Positions 38,810 to 49,141 of a DNA stretch of 64,000 bases are shown here, piece by piece. The notes beneath the pieces are model-generated. The model was not told the DNA's origin and did not search any database. It worked only from the letters and a program-made list of their open reading frames with translations. The translations under genes and the position numbers were made by a program. This DNA comes from an uncultured Spirochaetota bacterium (GTDB lineage Bacteria; Spirochaetota; Brevinematia; Brevinematales; JAOACQ01). Location of the stretch: contig CAVYGN010000001.1 of assembly GCA_963768055.1 (NCBI GenBank), positions 53,590-117,589 on the forward strand, written 5' to 3'. Position 1 is the stretch's first letter; every line of letters starts with the position of its first letter.

Positions 38810-39592
38810 ATGGGTTTTAAATCTATTGCTCTGGTTATCATTTACCCGGTTGTTTTTATATTGGAGCATGTTTATCCGAATTATTTTCCCAGGCCCCGCC
38901 ATATCCGGCACAGCGCTTACAATCTGTCGGTCGGCCTCTTGAACGGCCTCATCGGATTATTTATTATTTCGGTTGTCAATCTGCGCCTGTCGGATATTAT
39001 AAGCCTGAACAATTTCGGCCTCCTGAATTTACGGGTTTTGCCTTATTTTCTCAGGATAATTCTCGCATTTCTACTGTTCGATCTCTGGATGTATATCTGG
39101 CACCTGGCCGATCACCGGGTGCCTTTGTTATGGCTTTTCCATAGATCCCACCATAACGACCCGGAGATGGACGGCTCGACAGCGCTGCGCTTCCATCCTG
39201 TTGAAATCATAATATCGGGTGTTTTAAGGCTTCCTGTCTTTATTCTGCTAGGCATGAATATTACAGCCCTGTCCATATATGAAACCGTTTTTTTGGGCTG
39301 CATTCTTTTTCACCACAGTAATATTTACCTTCCGGCTCCTGTCGACAGGTTCATACGAATTTTTATCGTAACACCCGATATGCATAGGATGCATCATTCT
39401 GTTAAGAAAATAAACCTTAATTCTAATTTCTCATCGATTTTATCTTTCTGGGACAGAATTTTCGGCACTTTTAAAAAATGGGGAGATACCAGGCTCGTGA
39501 AAATAGGCCTTACAGATTACCGTGAAGAAAAATGGCAGAGGCCCCTTGGTATTCTTGCCCTTCCCTTCAAGGGCCTCGATGAAACGGGATAA
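38810..39592 (+). CDS. sterol desaturase / fatty acid hydroxylase family protein
   Basis: His boxes HLADH, HRSHH, RFHP, HRMHH. Confidence 0.9.
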   Translation: MGFKSIALVIIYPVVFILEHVYPNYFPRPRHIRHSAYNLSVGLLNGLIGLFIISVVNLRLSDIISLNNFGLLNLRVLPYFLRIILAFLLFDLWMYIWHLADHRVPLLWLFHRSHHNDPEMDGSTALRFHPVEIIISGVLRLPVFILLGMNITALSIYETVFLGCILFHHSNIYLPAPVDRFIRIFIVTPDMHRMHHSVKKINLNSNFSSILSFWDRIFGTFKKWGDTRLVKIGLTDYREEKWQRPLGILALPFKGLDETG

Positions 39593-39688
39593 AAGAAATT
39601 AAATCACATTATCGGCGAAAAAAAACACGACAAAAAATATATTTTTCAAAACCCTTGATTTTTGGTTTTAAATATCGTATAATATATC

Positions 39689-39708
39689 TGTATTAGAACA
39701 GTAGTACA
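39689..39708. promoter_or_regulatory. YtrA/GntR-type operator
   Basis: TGTATTA-N6-TAGTACA upstream of an operon encoding a YtrA-like GntR. Confidence 0.65.
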
Positions 39709-39713
39709 CTAAT

Positions 39714-40580
39714 ATGGAGGAAATGATGGTTTCCATTCACAAACTTTCCTTTTCTTATGGGAAAGGAAAAAATTTGTTTTCAGGTTTGAACCTGGAATTA
39801 ACACCCGGGAATATTTATGGGCTTCTCGGCAAAAACGGGGTAGGGAAGACAACCCTGCTTAAAATCATATCGGGGCTTCTTTTTTCACAATCCGGCGAAT
39901 GCATGGTCTCGGGAATAAATTCAAAATACCGCAATCCGGAAGTTTTAAAAGATATTTATTTTATTCCGGAGGAATTTTATTCCCCGCCGGTAACTATAGG
40001 CCAGTATGAATTTCTCCAGGCCCCGTTTTACCCCAAATTCGATCATGAAAATTTTTCCAGATTGATCGGTGAATTCAGCCTTTTCCGCAAGAATAAACTG
40101 ACGGAGCTTTCTTTTGGGCAGAAAAAAAAATTCCAGCTGGCATTCGGTACGGCCACTAACAGCCGGCTTTTTATCCTGGACGAACCGACAAACGGGCTGG
40201 ATATCCCCTCAAAAAGCCAGTTCAGGAAACTCCTCGCCTCATCTTTATCCGAAGAAAGGATCTTTATTATCTCTACGCACCAGGTCAGGGATATGGAGAA
40301 TATCATAGATCCCATAATCATCCTTGATGACGGGAAAATAATCTTTAACGAGTCGATGGAAAATATTTCAAGACATCTTAATGTTTCCATCAGGCAGGAT
40401 CTTGGAAATGATAATAAAATCCTGTATTATGAAAGGGTTCCCGGCGGATACAGCGTATTGTCGGCCGATGGAAATTCCGGAGGTTCCAGGATCGACATTG
40501 AGGTCCTTTTTAATGCAGTAATATCGGAGAGGGAAAAGATGAAAGCCATTTTTAATTCGGAGGAAAAAAATGAATATTGA
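39714..40580 (+). CDS. ABC transporter ATP-binding protein (YtrB-like)
   Basis: GKNGVGKTT, LSFGQKKK, ILDEPTNGLD. Confidence 0.93.
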   Translation: MEEMMVSIHKLSFSYGKGKNLFSGLNLELTPGNIYGLLGKNGVGKTTLLKIISGLLFSQSGECMVSGINSKYRNPEVLKDIYFIPEEFYSPPVTIGQYEFLQAPFYPKFDHENFSRLIGEFSLFRKNKLTELSFGQKKKFQLAFGTATNSRLFILDEPTNGLDIPSKSQFRKLLASSLSEERIFIISTHQVRDMENIIDPIIILDDGKIIFNESMENISRHLNVSIRQDLGNDNKILYYERVPGGYSVLSADGNSGGSRIDIEVLFNAVISEREKMKAIFNSEEKNEY

Positions 40581-41304
40581 ATCCATAATAAATATCAATA
40601 GGGTCGTTTTCCTTATAAGGAACGAAATATTTTCTAATTACACGAAAATATTTACTGTATTCGGAGCGATAGCAGCAGTTTTATTTGTGAACATGCTTTT
40701 CTCCAGGAATATAGGCGCCGGCTTGTTCGAGGCAATACTTTTTATAGGGGGGGTAATATATACCAGCGGCATATTCAAAGAATTGCACAATCCTCAGAAG
40801 GGAATCAGCTATCTTATGCAGCCTGCATCGATACCGGAAAAATTTCTGGCCAAACTCCTGCTCTCAACCATCGGGTATTCACTAGCGGTAATAGTTTTTT
40901 TATTTCTATTTTCCGTTGTGATTTCAGGTTTAAGTTCGGTCATTTTTGGAAAAGGAAGTCCTTTATTTAATCCTTTTACATTGAATGTGATCTGGATGAT
41001 ACTGAATTATTTCATAATCCAGTCGGTCTTTCTGCTGGGTTCGGTTTATTTTAAAAGGTCGGCTTTATTCAAAACAATTCTGGCATTGTTCGTTTTCGTA
41101 ATTTTGTTAGGGCTTATGAGTTTTATTTCGATCAGAATCGTTTATGGAAACGATTTAAGCTTGAATTTACAGGAATTATCAGGCAGCTTCAAAAATTATT
41201 TCATAAGCTACATACCGGGAATTGCGAAAACTTTATACCTTTTCGCAGCGGCTCCCCTTTTCTGGATAGTCGGTTATTTTCGATTAAAAGAAACAGAGGT
41301 TTAA
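40570..41304 (+). CDS. ABC-2 type permease
   Basis: Six TM segments; YLMQPAS..EKF. Confidence 0.8.
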   Translation: MNIESIININRVVFLIRNEIFSNYTKIFTVFGAIAAVLFVNMLFSRNIGAGLFEAILFIGGVIYTSGIFKELHNPQKGISYLMQPASIPEKFLAKLLLSTIGYSLAVIVFLFLFSVVISGLSSVIFGKGSPLFNPFTLNVIWMILNYFIIQSVFLLGSVYFKRSALFKTILALFVFVILLGLMSFISIRIVYGNDLSLNLQELSGSFKNYFISYIPGIAKTLYLFAAAPLFWIVGYFRLKETEV

Positions 41305-41305
41305 T

Positions 41306-41686
41306 ATGGAATTCCGGAACCGGGAGTCTATTTACCTCCAGATAGGGGATTTTATCTGTGAAAATATTTTACTTGAAAAATGGAAGGCGGGGGAGAAGAT
41401 ACCCTCGGTCCGCGATATGGCTGTGAGTATCGAGGTGAATCCCAACACGGTAATGCGAACATACTCTTATCTTCAGGAAAAGGGCATTATAAACAATCAG
41501 CGCGGGATCGGATATTTTATAACTGACGAATCCTATGAAAATACACTGAAATTGAAAAAGAAGGAATTTATCGATACGGAACTCGGAAGGCTTTTTAAGG
41601 ATATGGAACTTCTCGGATTATCGATCGAGGACCTGATTACTTTATATCAAAATTATAAAAGCTTGAATAAGGAGAAAAATATATGA
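41306..41686 (+). CDS. GntR family regulator (YtrA subfamily)
   Basis: IYLQI..KIPSVRDMA..VNPNTVMRTY..RGIGYF. Confidence 0.93.
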   Translation: MEFRNRESIYLQIGDFICENILLEKWKAGEKIPSVRDMAVSIEVNPNTVMRTYSYLQEKGIINNQRGIGYFITDESYENTLKLKKKEFIDTELGRLFKDMELLGLSIEDLITLYQNYKSLNKEKNI

Positions 41687-42399
41687 AGACTTCAGACAAA
41701 ATATTGATTTATGCAGGTTTTTTTGTATTGATATTGATAACCGCATTAATTGTTTTTTCGAGGATTACTCTTCACCGTCAAAACCCTGCGGTCGATCAAA
41801 AAGAGCATTCCGCCGGCGGTGAAATAATCACAAAAGAATTTCAGCTGGACGGGTTTTCCGGAATTTCCGTTTCAGGGGGCTGGGAGGTTGAAATAACTTC
41901 CGGCGGTTCAAATCAATACCAGGTGCGGATAGATCTTCCGGAGTCCGATTCCGATAACCTCGATGTTTATAAGGATGGCGGATTGCTGATCGTTAAATAC
42001 AAAAATTTTTCATTTTATACCCCTGGGGAACATAAAATCAAGGTTACTATGCCGAAAATCGCCCGGATTGATTCGAGCGGGGATGCGAAAATTTTCTTCA
42101 CGGGTTTTCAGTCCGGAAATCTGGATATATCAAGTTCAGGAAGCTGCAGACTTCTAGACGGTACCAATACTATCGGACGCTTATCGATCGATAGTTCCGG
42201 TTCTTCGCAAATAAACCTTAACGGCAGTCCGGTTACAAACGCCTATGTTCATACATCCGGATCCAGTACGGTAGAACTTAATATGGCCGGAGGCGATCTT
42301 ACCGTAAACACCAGCGGATCAGCATCTGTAATTTATTCCGGCGCGGCGGGTAAATTAAATGTAAGCCAATCGGGATCGGGTTCGGTTACTAAGAGATAA
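41683..42399 (+). CDS. DUF2807 / GIN-domain membrane-anchored protein
   Basis: N-terminal TM; repeated SSGS beta-helix motifs. Confidence 0.8.
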   Translation: MKTSDKILIYAGFFVLILITALIVFSRITLHRQNPAVDQKEHSAGGEIITKEFQLDGFSGISVSGGWEVEITSGGSNQYQVRIDLPESDSDNLDVYKDGGLLIVKYKNFSFYTPGEHKIKVTMPKIARIDSSGDAKIFFTGFQSGNLDISSSGSCRLLDGTNTIGRLSIDSSGSSQINLNGSPVTNAYVHTSGSSTVELNMAGGDLTVNTSGSASVIYSGAAGKLNVSQSGSGSVTKR

Positions 42400-42605
42400 T
42401 CACGAATTAATTAATTGTTTCATTTAGCCGGCTAAGCCGGCTGTATTGTCCTCTTCATCAGTAAATCCTCCAGATGCAGGTACATAATATGGCCTGCATT
42501 TTATTATTGAGGGAGATCCGGCGAATTCAATAGTCATGCAACTTTTTCTCATAATGAATTAATAAGCTATAATATAATAACTTGAAATTTAGAGAGGCAT
42601 ATCTA

Positions 42606-42992
42606 ATGGATAAAGATAAAGAACCTCCCATTTTTGACACAAACCCGCTTGTCCTCCGGGATGAGATGATTATGAAGCCTGTGCTGGCTTCAGGTCCCGG
42701 AGGCCAGCATATAAATAAGACATCGTCGGCAATCCAGGTCTATCATCAGAAATCCGGAATTCGTTTCCGGGTGCAGGATTCCCGCGACCAGTTCCAGAAC
42801 AGAAAGATAGCGGTAGAAAGGCTGGCAATGAAACTCGAAAAACTAAATGAAAAGAACAGATTAAAACTGGCTGAAAATAAAAGGAAAAATAAAGTATGGA
42901 AGAAACCTAGAAAAATCAAAGAAATGATACTAAAAGACAAAAGGAAAATATCGGAAAAGAAGGAATCGCGAAAGGGACCCTTAGCCGATTAA
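42606..42992 (+). CDS. peptide chain release factor-like ribosome rescue protein (ArfB/YaeJ type)
   Basis: SGPGGQHINKTSSA (GGQ), SRDQFQNR, basic C-terminal tail. Confidence 0.8.
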   Translation: MDKDKEPPIFDTNPLVLRDEMIMKPVLASGPGGQHINKTSSAIQVYHQKSGIRFRVQDSRDQFQNRKIAVERLAMKLEKLNEKNRLKLAENKRKNKVWKKPRKIKEMILKDKRKISEKKESRKGPLAD

Positions 42993-43207
42993 AGGTTGTA
43001 TTTAACCTTGATCTCCTGTTCGGCTTTTAACCAATCCGATATTTCATTGCCTGGCATTCCATTATTTTTCCTTTCCAGATAAAGTTCATAAGATCGTTTT
43101 TTAATTTCATTCAAAAAATCTTTGAGTTCCGGCTTTACTTTCGGGCTCCTCTTTTTTGCAGTTTTTTTTGCCGGTTTTTTTGTCGAGGTCTCTTTTTTTG
43201 AAGCCAT
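42989..43207 (-). CDS. DUF2934-domain protein with Lys-rich N-terminus
   Basis: IKKRSYELYLER..DWLKAEQEI. Confidence 0.75.
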   Translation of the reverse strand: MASKKETSTKKPAKKTAKKRSPKVKPELKDFLNEIKKRSYELYLERKNNGMPGNEISDWLKAEQEIKVKYNL

Positions 43208-43385
43208 AATAATTCCCCTCCTAAACACTAAAAGAATTATAATAATCGCCCTGCAATAAAGCAAAATAATTAAAGGGTCGGCAAGCTTATAAAAAATTCC
43301 CTACGGCTCTTTGCAGCGGGTCATAATTCCTGTTATAATTTTTAAGGATTTCATATAAGTCCGGTTATTTTAGGAAGATATCACG

Positions 43386-44489
43386 ATGCCCTTTGACAAA
43401 ATTATGAAAATAATTGTGAAACCTTATACACTGGGATTGCTATTACTGATAACCGGATGCGAATTGAATCCGGAAGGCAGCAATCAACATGTCAGTCCAA
43501 GGAATTCCAGCTCTTCGTCATCGTCGTCATCGCAGTCCCATTCGTCAGTCAGCAACCCGACAAATTTGGTTTTAAATCATTTCGGGACACAAATTATAGG
43601 CAATCACTTCCAGGTGATCGTTTCAAGCTGGCTTAGTAACGGTTCAACATATTTTGCCACAAACTCATTATTAGACAAGGAAGATATCAGCATCCTTTTC
43701 GCTTGCGAACAAACCCCTGTTATCTTTAATGGAAAATATTATGAAGTAGTCTCCGTGCATCCGGCTGTCGGAGGCCAGGAGAATAATATTAATACTTATA
43801 TTGTCGTAATGAATGTTGATGGAGTAAATAATATAGTCGCCAGGACAGGCACCTTTACAAGCATGTGCTGCGCTATTGTAAATGGCGGCACTCTTTATAT
43901 ATACGGTACTTTATTGAGCAGAAACGGCATAACCAGAGATTGCCAGATTCCCTGGGTATTTTATACTCAGGACCTCATTAACTTTCAATCTAACCAGGTA
44001 TTTTCAACAGACCCGACGAATACGATCTTTAATACCAGTGTTTGTTTTGATGGTACCAGATATGTTATGGCGCTGGAAGCGGGTTATTTTAATCCGGTAT
44101 TCGCGCAATCTGCCGACGGGAAGAATTTTACTCTGATGAACCTTAAATATCAGAACGGAAGTTATAATGCATGTCCGACTATACGCTATTCAAACGGTTA
44201 TTATTATATGATTTATCTTATTTATACGAATGGCCTGTATAATGAAATGATCACAAGGACTGCCGACTTTGTCAATTGGCAGGATTCAGTCAAGAATCCG
44301 GTTTTAGTTCCCGATTCTTTTGACATGAAGGATCCGTCGTGCATTGATACTTCGGATATAGATATGGTCGAATATGGGGGGCAGCTTCATGTTTATTATT
44401 GCATCGGCAATCAGTCCAGCTGGTTCAATATAAGGCGCGCCTATTATAATGGGACTATGGCCAATTTTTTCAACTGGTTTTATATGTGA
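43386..44489 (+). CDS. lipoprotein with Ser-rich linker and beta-propeller glycoside hydrolase-like domain
   Basis: LITGC lipobox; ACPTIRY, NPVLVP, SDIDMVE. Confidence 0.65.
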   Translation: MPFDKIMKIIVKPYTLGLLLLITGCELNPEGSNQHVSPRNSSSSSSSSSQSHSSVSNPTNLVLNHFGTQIIGNHFQVIVSSWLSNGSTYFATNSLLDKEDISILFACEQTPVIFNGKYYEVVSVHPAVGGQENNINTYIVVMNVDGVNNIVARTGTFTSMCCAIVNGGTLYIYGTLLSRNGITRDCQIPWVFYTQDLINFQSNQVFSTDPTNTIFNTSVCFDGTRYVMALEAGYFNPVFAQSADGKNFTLMNLKYQNGSYNACPTIRYSNGYYYMIYLIYTNGLYNEMITRTADFVNWQDSVKNPVLVPDSFDMKDPSCIDTSDIDMVEYGGQLHVYYCIGNQSSWFNIRRAYYNGTMANFFNWFYM

Positions 44490-44602
44490 TGATATGCCCC
44501 GGGATGGCAAACCAGGCTTTGAATCAAAAATTTTTATTAAAAATATATGCAATAACTTGACACTACGAAATAACGGGATTATCCTTATTTAGGAGTTGAA
44601 AA

Positions 44603-44866
44603 ATGAAACTTTATGTAGGAAATCTATCGTTCAACATGACCGATTCGAGTTTGAGTGATATTTTTAAGGAATTCGGCGCTGTGAATGAAGTTACCATCGT
44701 TATTGACCGCGAATCAGGTAGATCGAAAGGTTTCGGGTTCATTGAAATGCCAAATCAGGCTGAAGCTGAAGAAGCTATCAAGCAGCTTGACGGCAAGGAA
44801 GTTGACGGCAGAAAAATTAAAGTGAATGTCGCCAAACCGAAAGAAGATCGTTCTCGCCGCTATTAG
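44603..44866 (+). CDS. RRM RNA-binding protein
   Basis: KLYVGNLS (RNP2), RSKGFGFIEM (RNP1). Confidence 0.95.
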   Translation: MKLYVGNLSFNMTDSSLSDIFKEFGAVNEVTIVIDRESGRSKGFGFIEMPNQAEAEEAIKQLDGKEVDGRKIKVNVAKPKEDRSRRY

Positions 44867-44949
44867 TCAATTTTCCGCATTGCTTCAGAGGATTGTCTGG
44901 AACCGCTGTCAAAGAAGTCATAGAGGTGTTTATTTTATATCGCCTCAAG

Positions 44950-45251
44950 AGGCGTTTGTGCCGTACAATGAGGATGTGAGAGAGGCTGAGAAATTAGGGC
45001 TGTTAAAATATCCTCTTTATCCGAACGGGCGGATAGTCTTACCGCGACAGCGGGCTTTTTGATCAGTCCTGATAGAGCGCGGCAGGATCCAAATCCTTTG
45101 ATGAAGAAGCGGGAATGCCTGTTTCAATAATATCGACGCCTGATTTTTCAATCTGAATCGCAACGGCAATTTTGTCTTCAATTGAAAAGCCGATACCCGG
45201 CCCCTTTTCTCCTACCTGAAGAGTCGTATCGAGTATGAATAGCTTTTTCAT
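44950..45251 (-). pseudogene. LeuA/HMGL-like (2-isopropylmalate synthase type) N-terminal fragment
   Basis: ILDTTLQVGEKGPG (canonical DTTLRDGEQ is degenerate), GVDIIETG; stops after 62 aa, with weak continuation in another frame. Confidence 0.7.
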
Positions 45252-45613
45252 GTTATACCTCCTTTAAGCAAATACCTTTTTCCTGCCATTGATTATCAAT
45301 AGCAATTTTATTTTATCCTGCCATGGACATGCAATTTGCCTCAAAGTAAGGAATAAAAGGTTTTTCCTTATTTCCCGGAAATTGATACCAATCTAAAAAG
45401 TGATTAATATTTAATCATTTTTATATAATAAGATTATATTATAATCTGGTTAAATTATTTTAGCATAATAATTACTCATTATTTTGAAATTGCAGTAGCT
45501 CATTTAACTTATTTGATAATAAGGAATTATAATATCACCTGATTAAAATATAGAATGTTGGTATAAATATTGCTTCATTTATTTAAAGAGATTTTTAGAT
45601 AAAGGAGGATTCT

Positions 45614-47515
45614 ATGTCTGAAAGAATAATAACCGGTCCGAAGATTGTTCCGACTCTGGGTTTTATGGGCGCTGCAATTAACGCAATGGCGCTGATCGCT
45701 CCCGGGGCGTTTCTCTGGATCACATACCAGATGCAGGCCGCGGCCACGGCTACAAGCGGGGCGTCTGCGGCGCTGGATATGTGGCCGGGTATATTAGTCG
45801 CTCTTGTGCTGGCTTTTTTGACGGCCCTGTCCTACGCGGAACTCGCAAGGATATATCCGGAAGCCGGTTTTGCAAGCTGCGCTTACTTCGCGGAGAAGGC
45901 TTGCCTTGATGCTGCAAAGGAAAAACGTGCGGCCCCCGCTTCTTTCGCACGTCTCTCCAAACTTGTGACCGGCTGGGCCGCCCACCTGTTCTACTGGGTT
46001 TACCCCGGCGTTATGGTGGCCATGATGTCGATACTCATAGGCTATATATATAATGCTGTAACGGGCCAGACCCTCTCGAACACGGTCCTGGTCATCATCG
46101 GTATAGTTTTTGCCTTCGTCATGGGTTATATCGCTTACAGGGGCGTCAATGGCTCCACGAAGACCAATATTGTGGTAAATATAATCCAGTGGGTGGCTAT
46201 TGTTGTATTTAGCGGCCTTGCGATATGGTACAGGATATCCAACCCCGAACATGTTCAAAACTGGTCTTTTACCGGCACGTACGATATCCTCAAATTCCAC
46301 AATATCCAGGCCGTACTGGTTCAGTCCACGATCGCCATCCTTATACTCGTCGGCTTCGAAAGCGCGACCGCGCTGGGCGCCGAGACAAAAGAGCCGGGGA
46401 AAAATATCCCCAAGGCTATAATCCTGGCGTTATTTGTCCAGGGTGTTATAGCGTACCTCTTCGAATACTTCGCGGCAAACCTTATGGCCAGTGAAAAGCT
46501 TACAGGTACGATTACTGTTGCGGCGACTGCCTCAGCTAAAGCTTACACGAAGACTGTGACCGGCATGGACTGGCTTGCCGCATCTTCCGCGCCGATCGGC
46601 GATATGACGAGGCTTCTCGGCGACAAACTCCTGGGCGGTATAGGCTTCGGGCTTATGATAATCATGGCTGTAACCGTCGCGATAGCGGTAATAGGCACGA
46701 CCCTTAGCTGTATGAATACTGCCGTCCGGGTGACGAACGGCATGGCAGCGGACAGGGAACTTCCGGAATTCCTGGGGTTCCTCCACACCGAGCATAAGTC
46801 TCCGCATACCGCCATCTGGGTGCTTGTCGCAGTTTCCTGTGTAATAGCGGCTATCGGCATACCGAATATTGTCGGTTTGACGGGCATTACCCTTGCATCC
46901 AACTTCGGCACGTTCGTCCTGTACGGTTTCGTATGCATATGGACTATAATCGCTTTTAAAGGCCGAAAGGATTTTAACCTGCTCAGGCATGGCGTTATTC
47001 CTGCAGGAGGGCTGATCCTGAACATCCTGATGCTTGCAGGGATAATCTACCTGAACTTTACCGGAACGGCGGATAATGTTACCGAAGCGAGTATATGTTT
47101 TTACATAGCGGGCGGCTTTGCTCTTGTAAGCTTCCTGTATGTGGTGATTACGACCGTCAACAAGAATTATAGCATGAAAATGATATCGGCGATGATACGT
47201 CCTGAAAAGCTGGGAATACTTGTCGCTGTGTTAAAGGAAGAATCCCTTGTCCAGGGCATGACTGTTACAAAAGTCAAGGGTTTCGGCCGGACATACGGCA
47301 AGGTCGATCCGGATGAACCGGTCGACGAGAAGATAAGCTTTATCCCCAAAACCAGGATCGATATAGTCGTAAACGACTGGGATGTTCCCCATGTCCTGGC
47401 TATAATGAAGGAAGTTTTAAGGACCGGTAAAGCCGGTGACGGCAAGATCTTTGTTACCGACACAAAGGAAACCTTGAGGGTTTCCACCGGTGAAACAGGG
47501 GTCCTTGCCGTATAG
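45614..47515 (+). CDS. APC-family amino acid permease fused to a C-terminal P-II (GlnB/GlnK) domain
   Basis: About 12 TM segments with GFESATALGAETKEP; then MKMISAMIRPEK..KGFGR..GKAGDGKIFV..RVSTGE. Confidence 0.9.
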   Translation: MSERIITGPKIVPTLGFMGAAINAMALIAPGAFLWITYQMQAAATATSGASAALDMWPGILVALVLAFLTALSYAELARIYPEAGFASCAYFAEKACLDAAKEKRAAPASFARLSKLVTGWAAHLFYWVYPGVMVAMMSILIGYIYNAVTGQTLSNTVLVIIGIVFAFVMGYIAYRGVNGSTKTNIVVNIIQWVAIVVFSGLAIWYRISNPEHVQNWSFTGTYDILKFHNIQAVLVQSTIAILILVGFESATALGAETKEPGKNIPKAIILALFVQGVIAYLFEYFAANLMASEKLTGTITVAATASAKAYTKTVTGMDWLAASSAPIGDMTRLLGDKLLGGIGFGLMIIMAVTVAIAVIGTTLSCMNTAVRVTNGMAADRELPEFLGFLHTEHKSPHTAIWVLVAVSCVIAAIGIPNIVGLTGITLASNFGTFVLYGFVCIWTIIAFKGRKDFNLLRHGVIPAGGLILNILMLAGIIYLNFTGTADNVTEASICFYIAGGFALVSFLYVVITTVNKNYSMKMISAMIRPEKLGILVAVLKEESLVQGMTVTKVKGFGRTYGKVDPDEPVDEKISFIPKTRIDIVVNDWDVPHVLAIMKEVLRTGKAGDGKIFVTDTKETLRVSTGETGVLAV

Positions 47516-47540
47516 GATTTATCCTGAAAGGAGGCATTAA

Positions 47541-47818
47541 ATGAAAAGAATAGAAGCAATAGTAAGGCAGAAAAAGCGGGTGCTGTGGTAACGGCCCTTG
47601 GCCGGATCGGGCACCCGGGTATAATGATAAGCGAGATAGAAGGACATGGAAAACAGCATGGCCTGGAGGATAATGTCCGCGGAAAAAAATATACAATCGA
47701 CCTGATAACCAAGACGCGTATCGAGATAATCGCTAAAGATCCCGATGTAAAAAAACTTGTCAATGCGATAAGAGAAGCGTTTTTACTTAATCATCGCAAC
47801 CGTTCTTATATTATTTAA
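47541..47818 (+). pseudogene. P-II family protein, frameshifted and C-terminally truncated
   Basis: AAGGAGG RBS; MKRIEAIVRQ, then a 1-base deletion; continuation EIEGHGKQ..KTRIEI..IREAF lacks GDGKIF and runs into the convergent U32 gene. Confidence 0.85.
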
Positions 47819-49048
47819 AAGCGTATCTGCATTCTTAAGCCATATGCCGACTTCCCTGTCATCATATGAAATTGCCCTTTCGGCCCATTGCCTGCAGTAC
47901 GAACATACCAGGGATTTGTCATTTATAACCCTGTCGCTGCCCATTCCATCACAAACCTTTTTATCGCATTCATAGTTTGTTACAAATTTTTTTAAAAATC
48001 CGTCCAATTTTTTATTATCGATATAAAGGCTGGAAGGAAACTTAAAGAAATCAAAAAACCTGGCCAGTTCCTCCAGATTTGTTTTCCCTGCCGTGTCTTG
48101 CCCGGCCTTTTTAATCTCTTTAATATCTTTAATAGACGGCCAGAACATCAGGTCTAACAGGTTTCCTTTGTATTCTCTCGATATATAAGCCTGTGCAACC
48201 CTTGATAAAAATTCGGTAGTTTTAGTTCTATCGACGAGCTTCATAGAAAAATTGTAATTACCCGTTTTATTGCAAAGCTCTTCATAGAGGTATATGTCCT
48301 CGGGCCTGATAAATTCGGCGGCTATATTATGTACGGGATATTTGAATTTTTCCGTGCAGCAATTCATTACATTGTAATCTATAATTAAATTTTCCGATGG
48401 GTCGCCTTTTCTGCTTGAATGCGACTGGCTTGTCGAGTGGGAAATACGATTAGGGCAATAGTGCAGGCATGAACTATTTGCAAAGATCCGGAGCGCAACA
48501 TTTGAATTCCTGGTATAGCTCAGCATATCCTCAAGCAATTCAAAGTTTCTATTATTATAGTTTTGCAATGTGATTTCATCCGCGCCCATCTCTTCCCAAT
48601 ACTTTATGTGCTGCAGTTCGCAAATACAGGCGTGCGCCCCGATTGTAACCTTTAAATCCGGAAAAAGTTTTTTAACTATAGTCAATAGATATGAAGAATT
48701 AAGGGTTATCCGGTCCGTACCCATCTCTACAAGGGATTCAACCAGCCGGATCATTTCATTAAGGATGGTTTTATCAAATTCTTTATTTGCCAGACACATG
48801 GGATTTAAAAGGTAGTTAAACTGCAGTCCGTTATCATGGCAAAGTTTTATATAGCTTCCAAGCGACTCCCTGGAAAGCTCCGGTAGGAGCATAGAGTATC
48901 TTCCGCCTCCCACAGCATCGCTTTTTTGCTTCCCATAGACAGATTTTATCGATTTTTCGATATCAATTTTTACTATCTCTTTAATTAATTGAGGATCGAA
49001 GTTCGTTGCCAGAGAATAATTCATTTTGAATTTTTCCGGACTTTGCAT
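47783..49048 (-). CDS. U32 family peptidase-like protein (putative Fe-S enzyme)
   Basis: FNYLLNPMC, LRIFANSSCLHYCPNR, YNVMNCC, FIRPED, KLVDR. Confidence 0.85.
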   Translation of the reverse strand: MQSPEKFKMNYSLATNFDPQLIKEIVKIDIEKSIKSVYGKQKSDAVGGGRYSMLLPELSRESLGSYIKLCHDNGLQFNYLLNPMCLANKEFDKTILNEMIRLVESLVEMGTDRITLNSSYLLTIVKKLFPDLKVTIGAHACICELQHIKYWEEMGADEITLQNYNNRNFELLEDMLSYTRNSNVALRIFANSSCLHYCPNRISHSTSQSHSSRKGDPSENLIIDYNVMNCCTEKFKYPVHNIAAEFIRPEDIYLYEELCNKTGNYNFSMKLVDRTKTTEFLSRVAQAYISREYKGNLLDLMFWPSIKDIKEIKKAGQDTAGKTNLEELARFFDFFKFPSSLYIDNKKLDGFLKKFVTNYECDKKVCDGMGSDRVINDKSLVCSYCRQWAERAISYDDREVGIWLKNADTLLNNIRTVAMIK

Positions 49049-49141
49049 TTCTTTATCTCCAAATTTGCCGCATACGGACGGCGATTGCAGGAGATAGTAT
49101 AAAATGAGGCAAAATAATAGTCAAAACCCTAAATGACCGGG

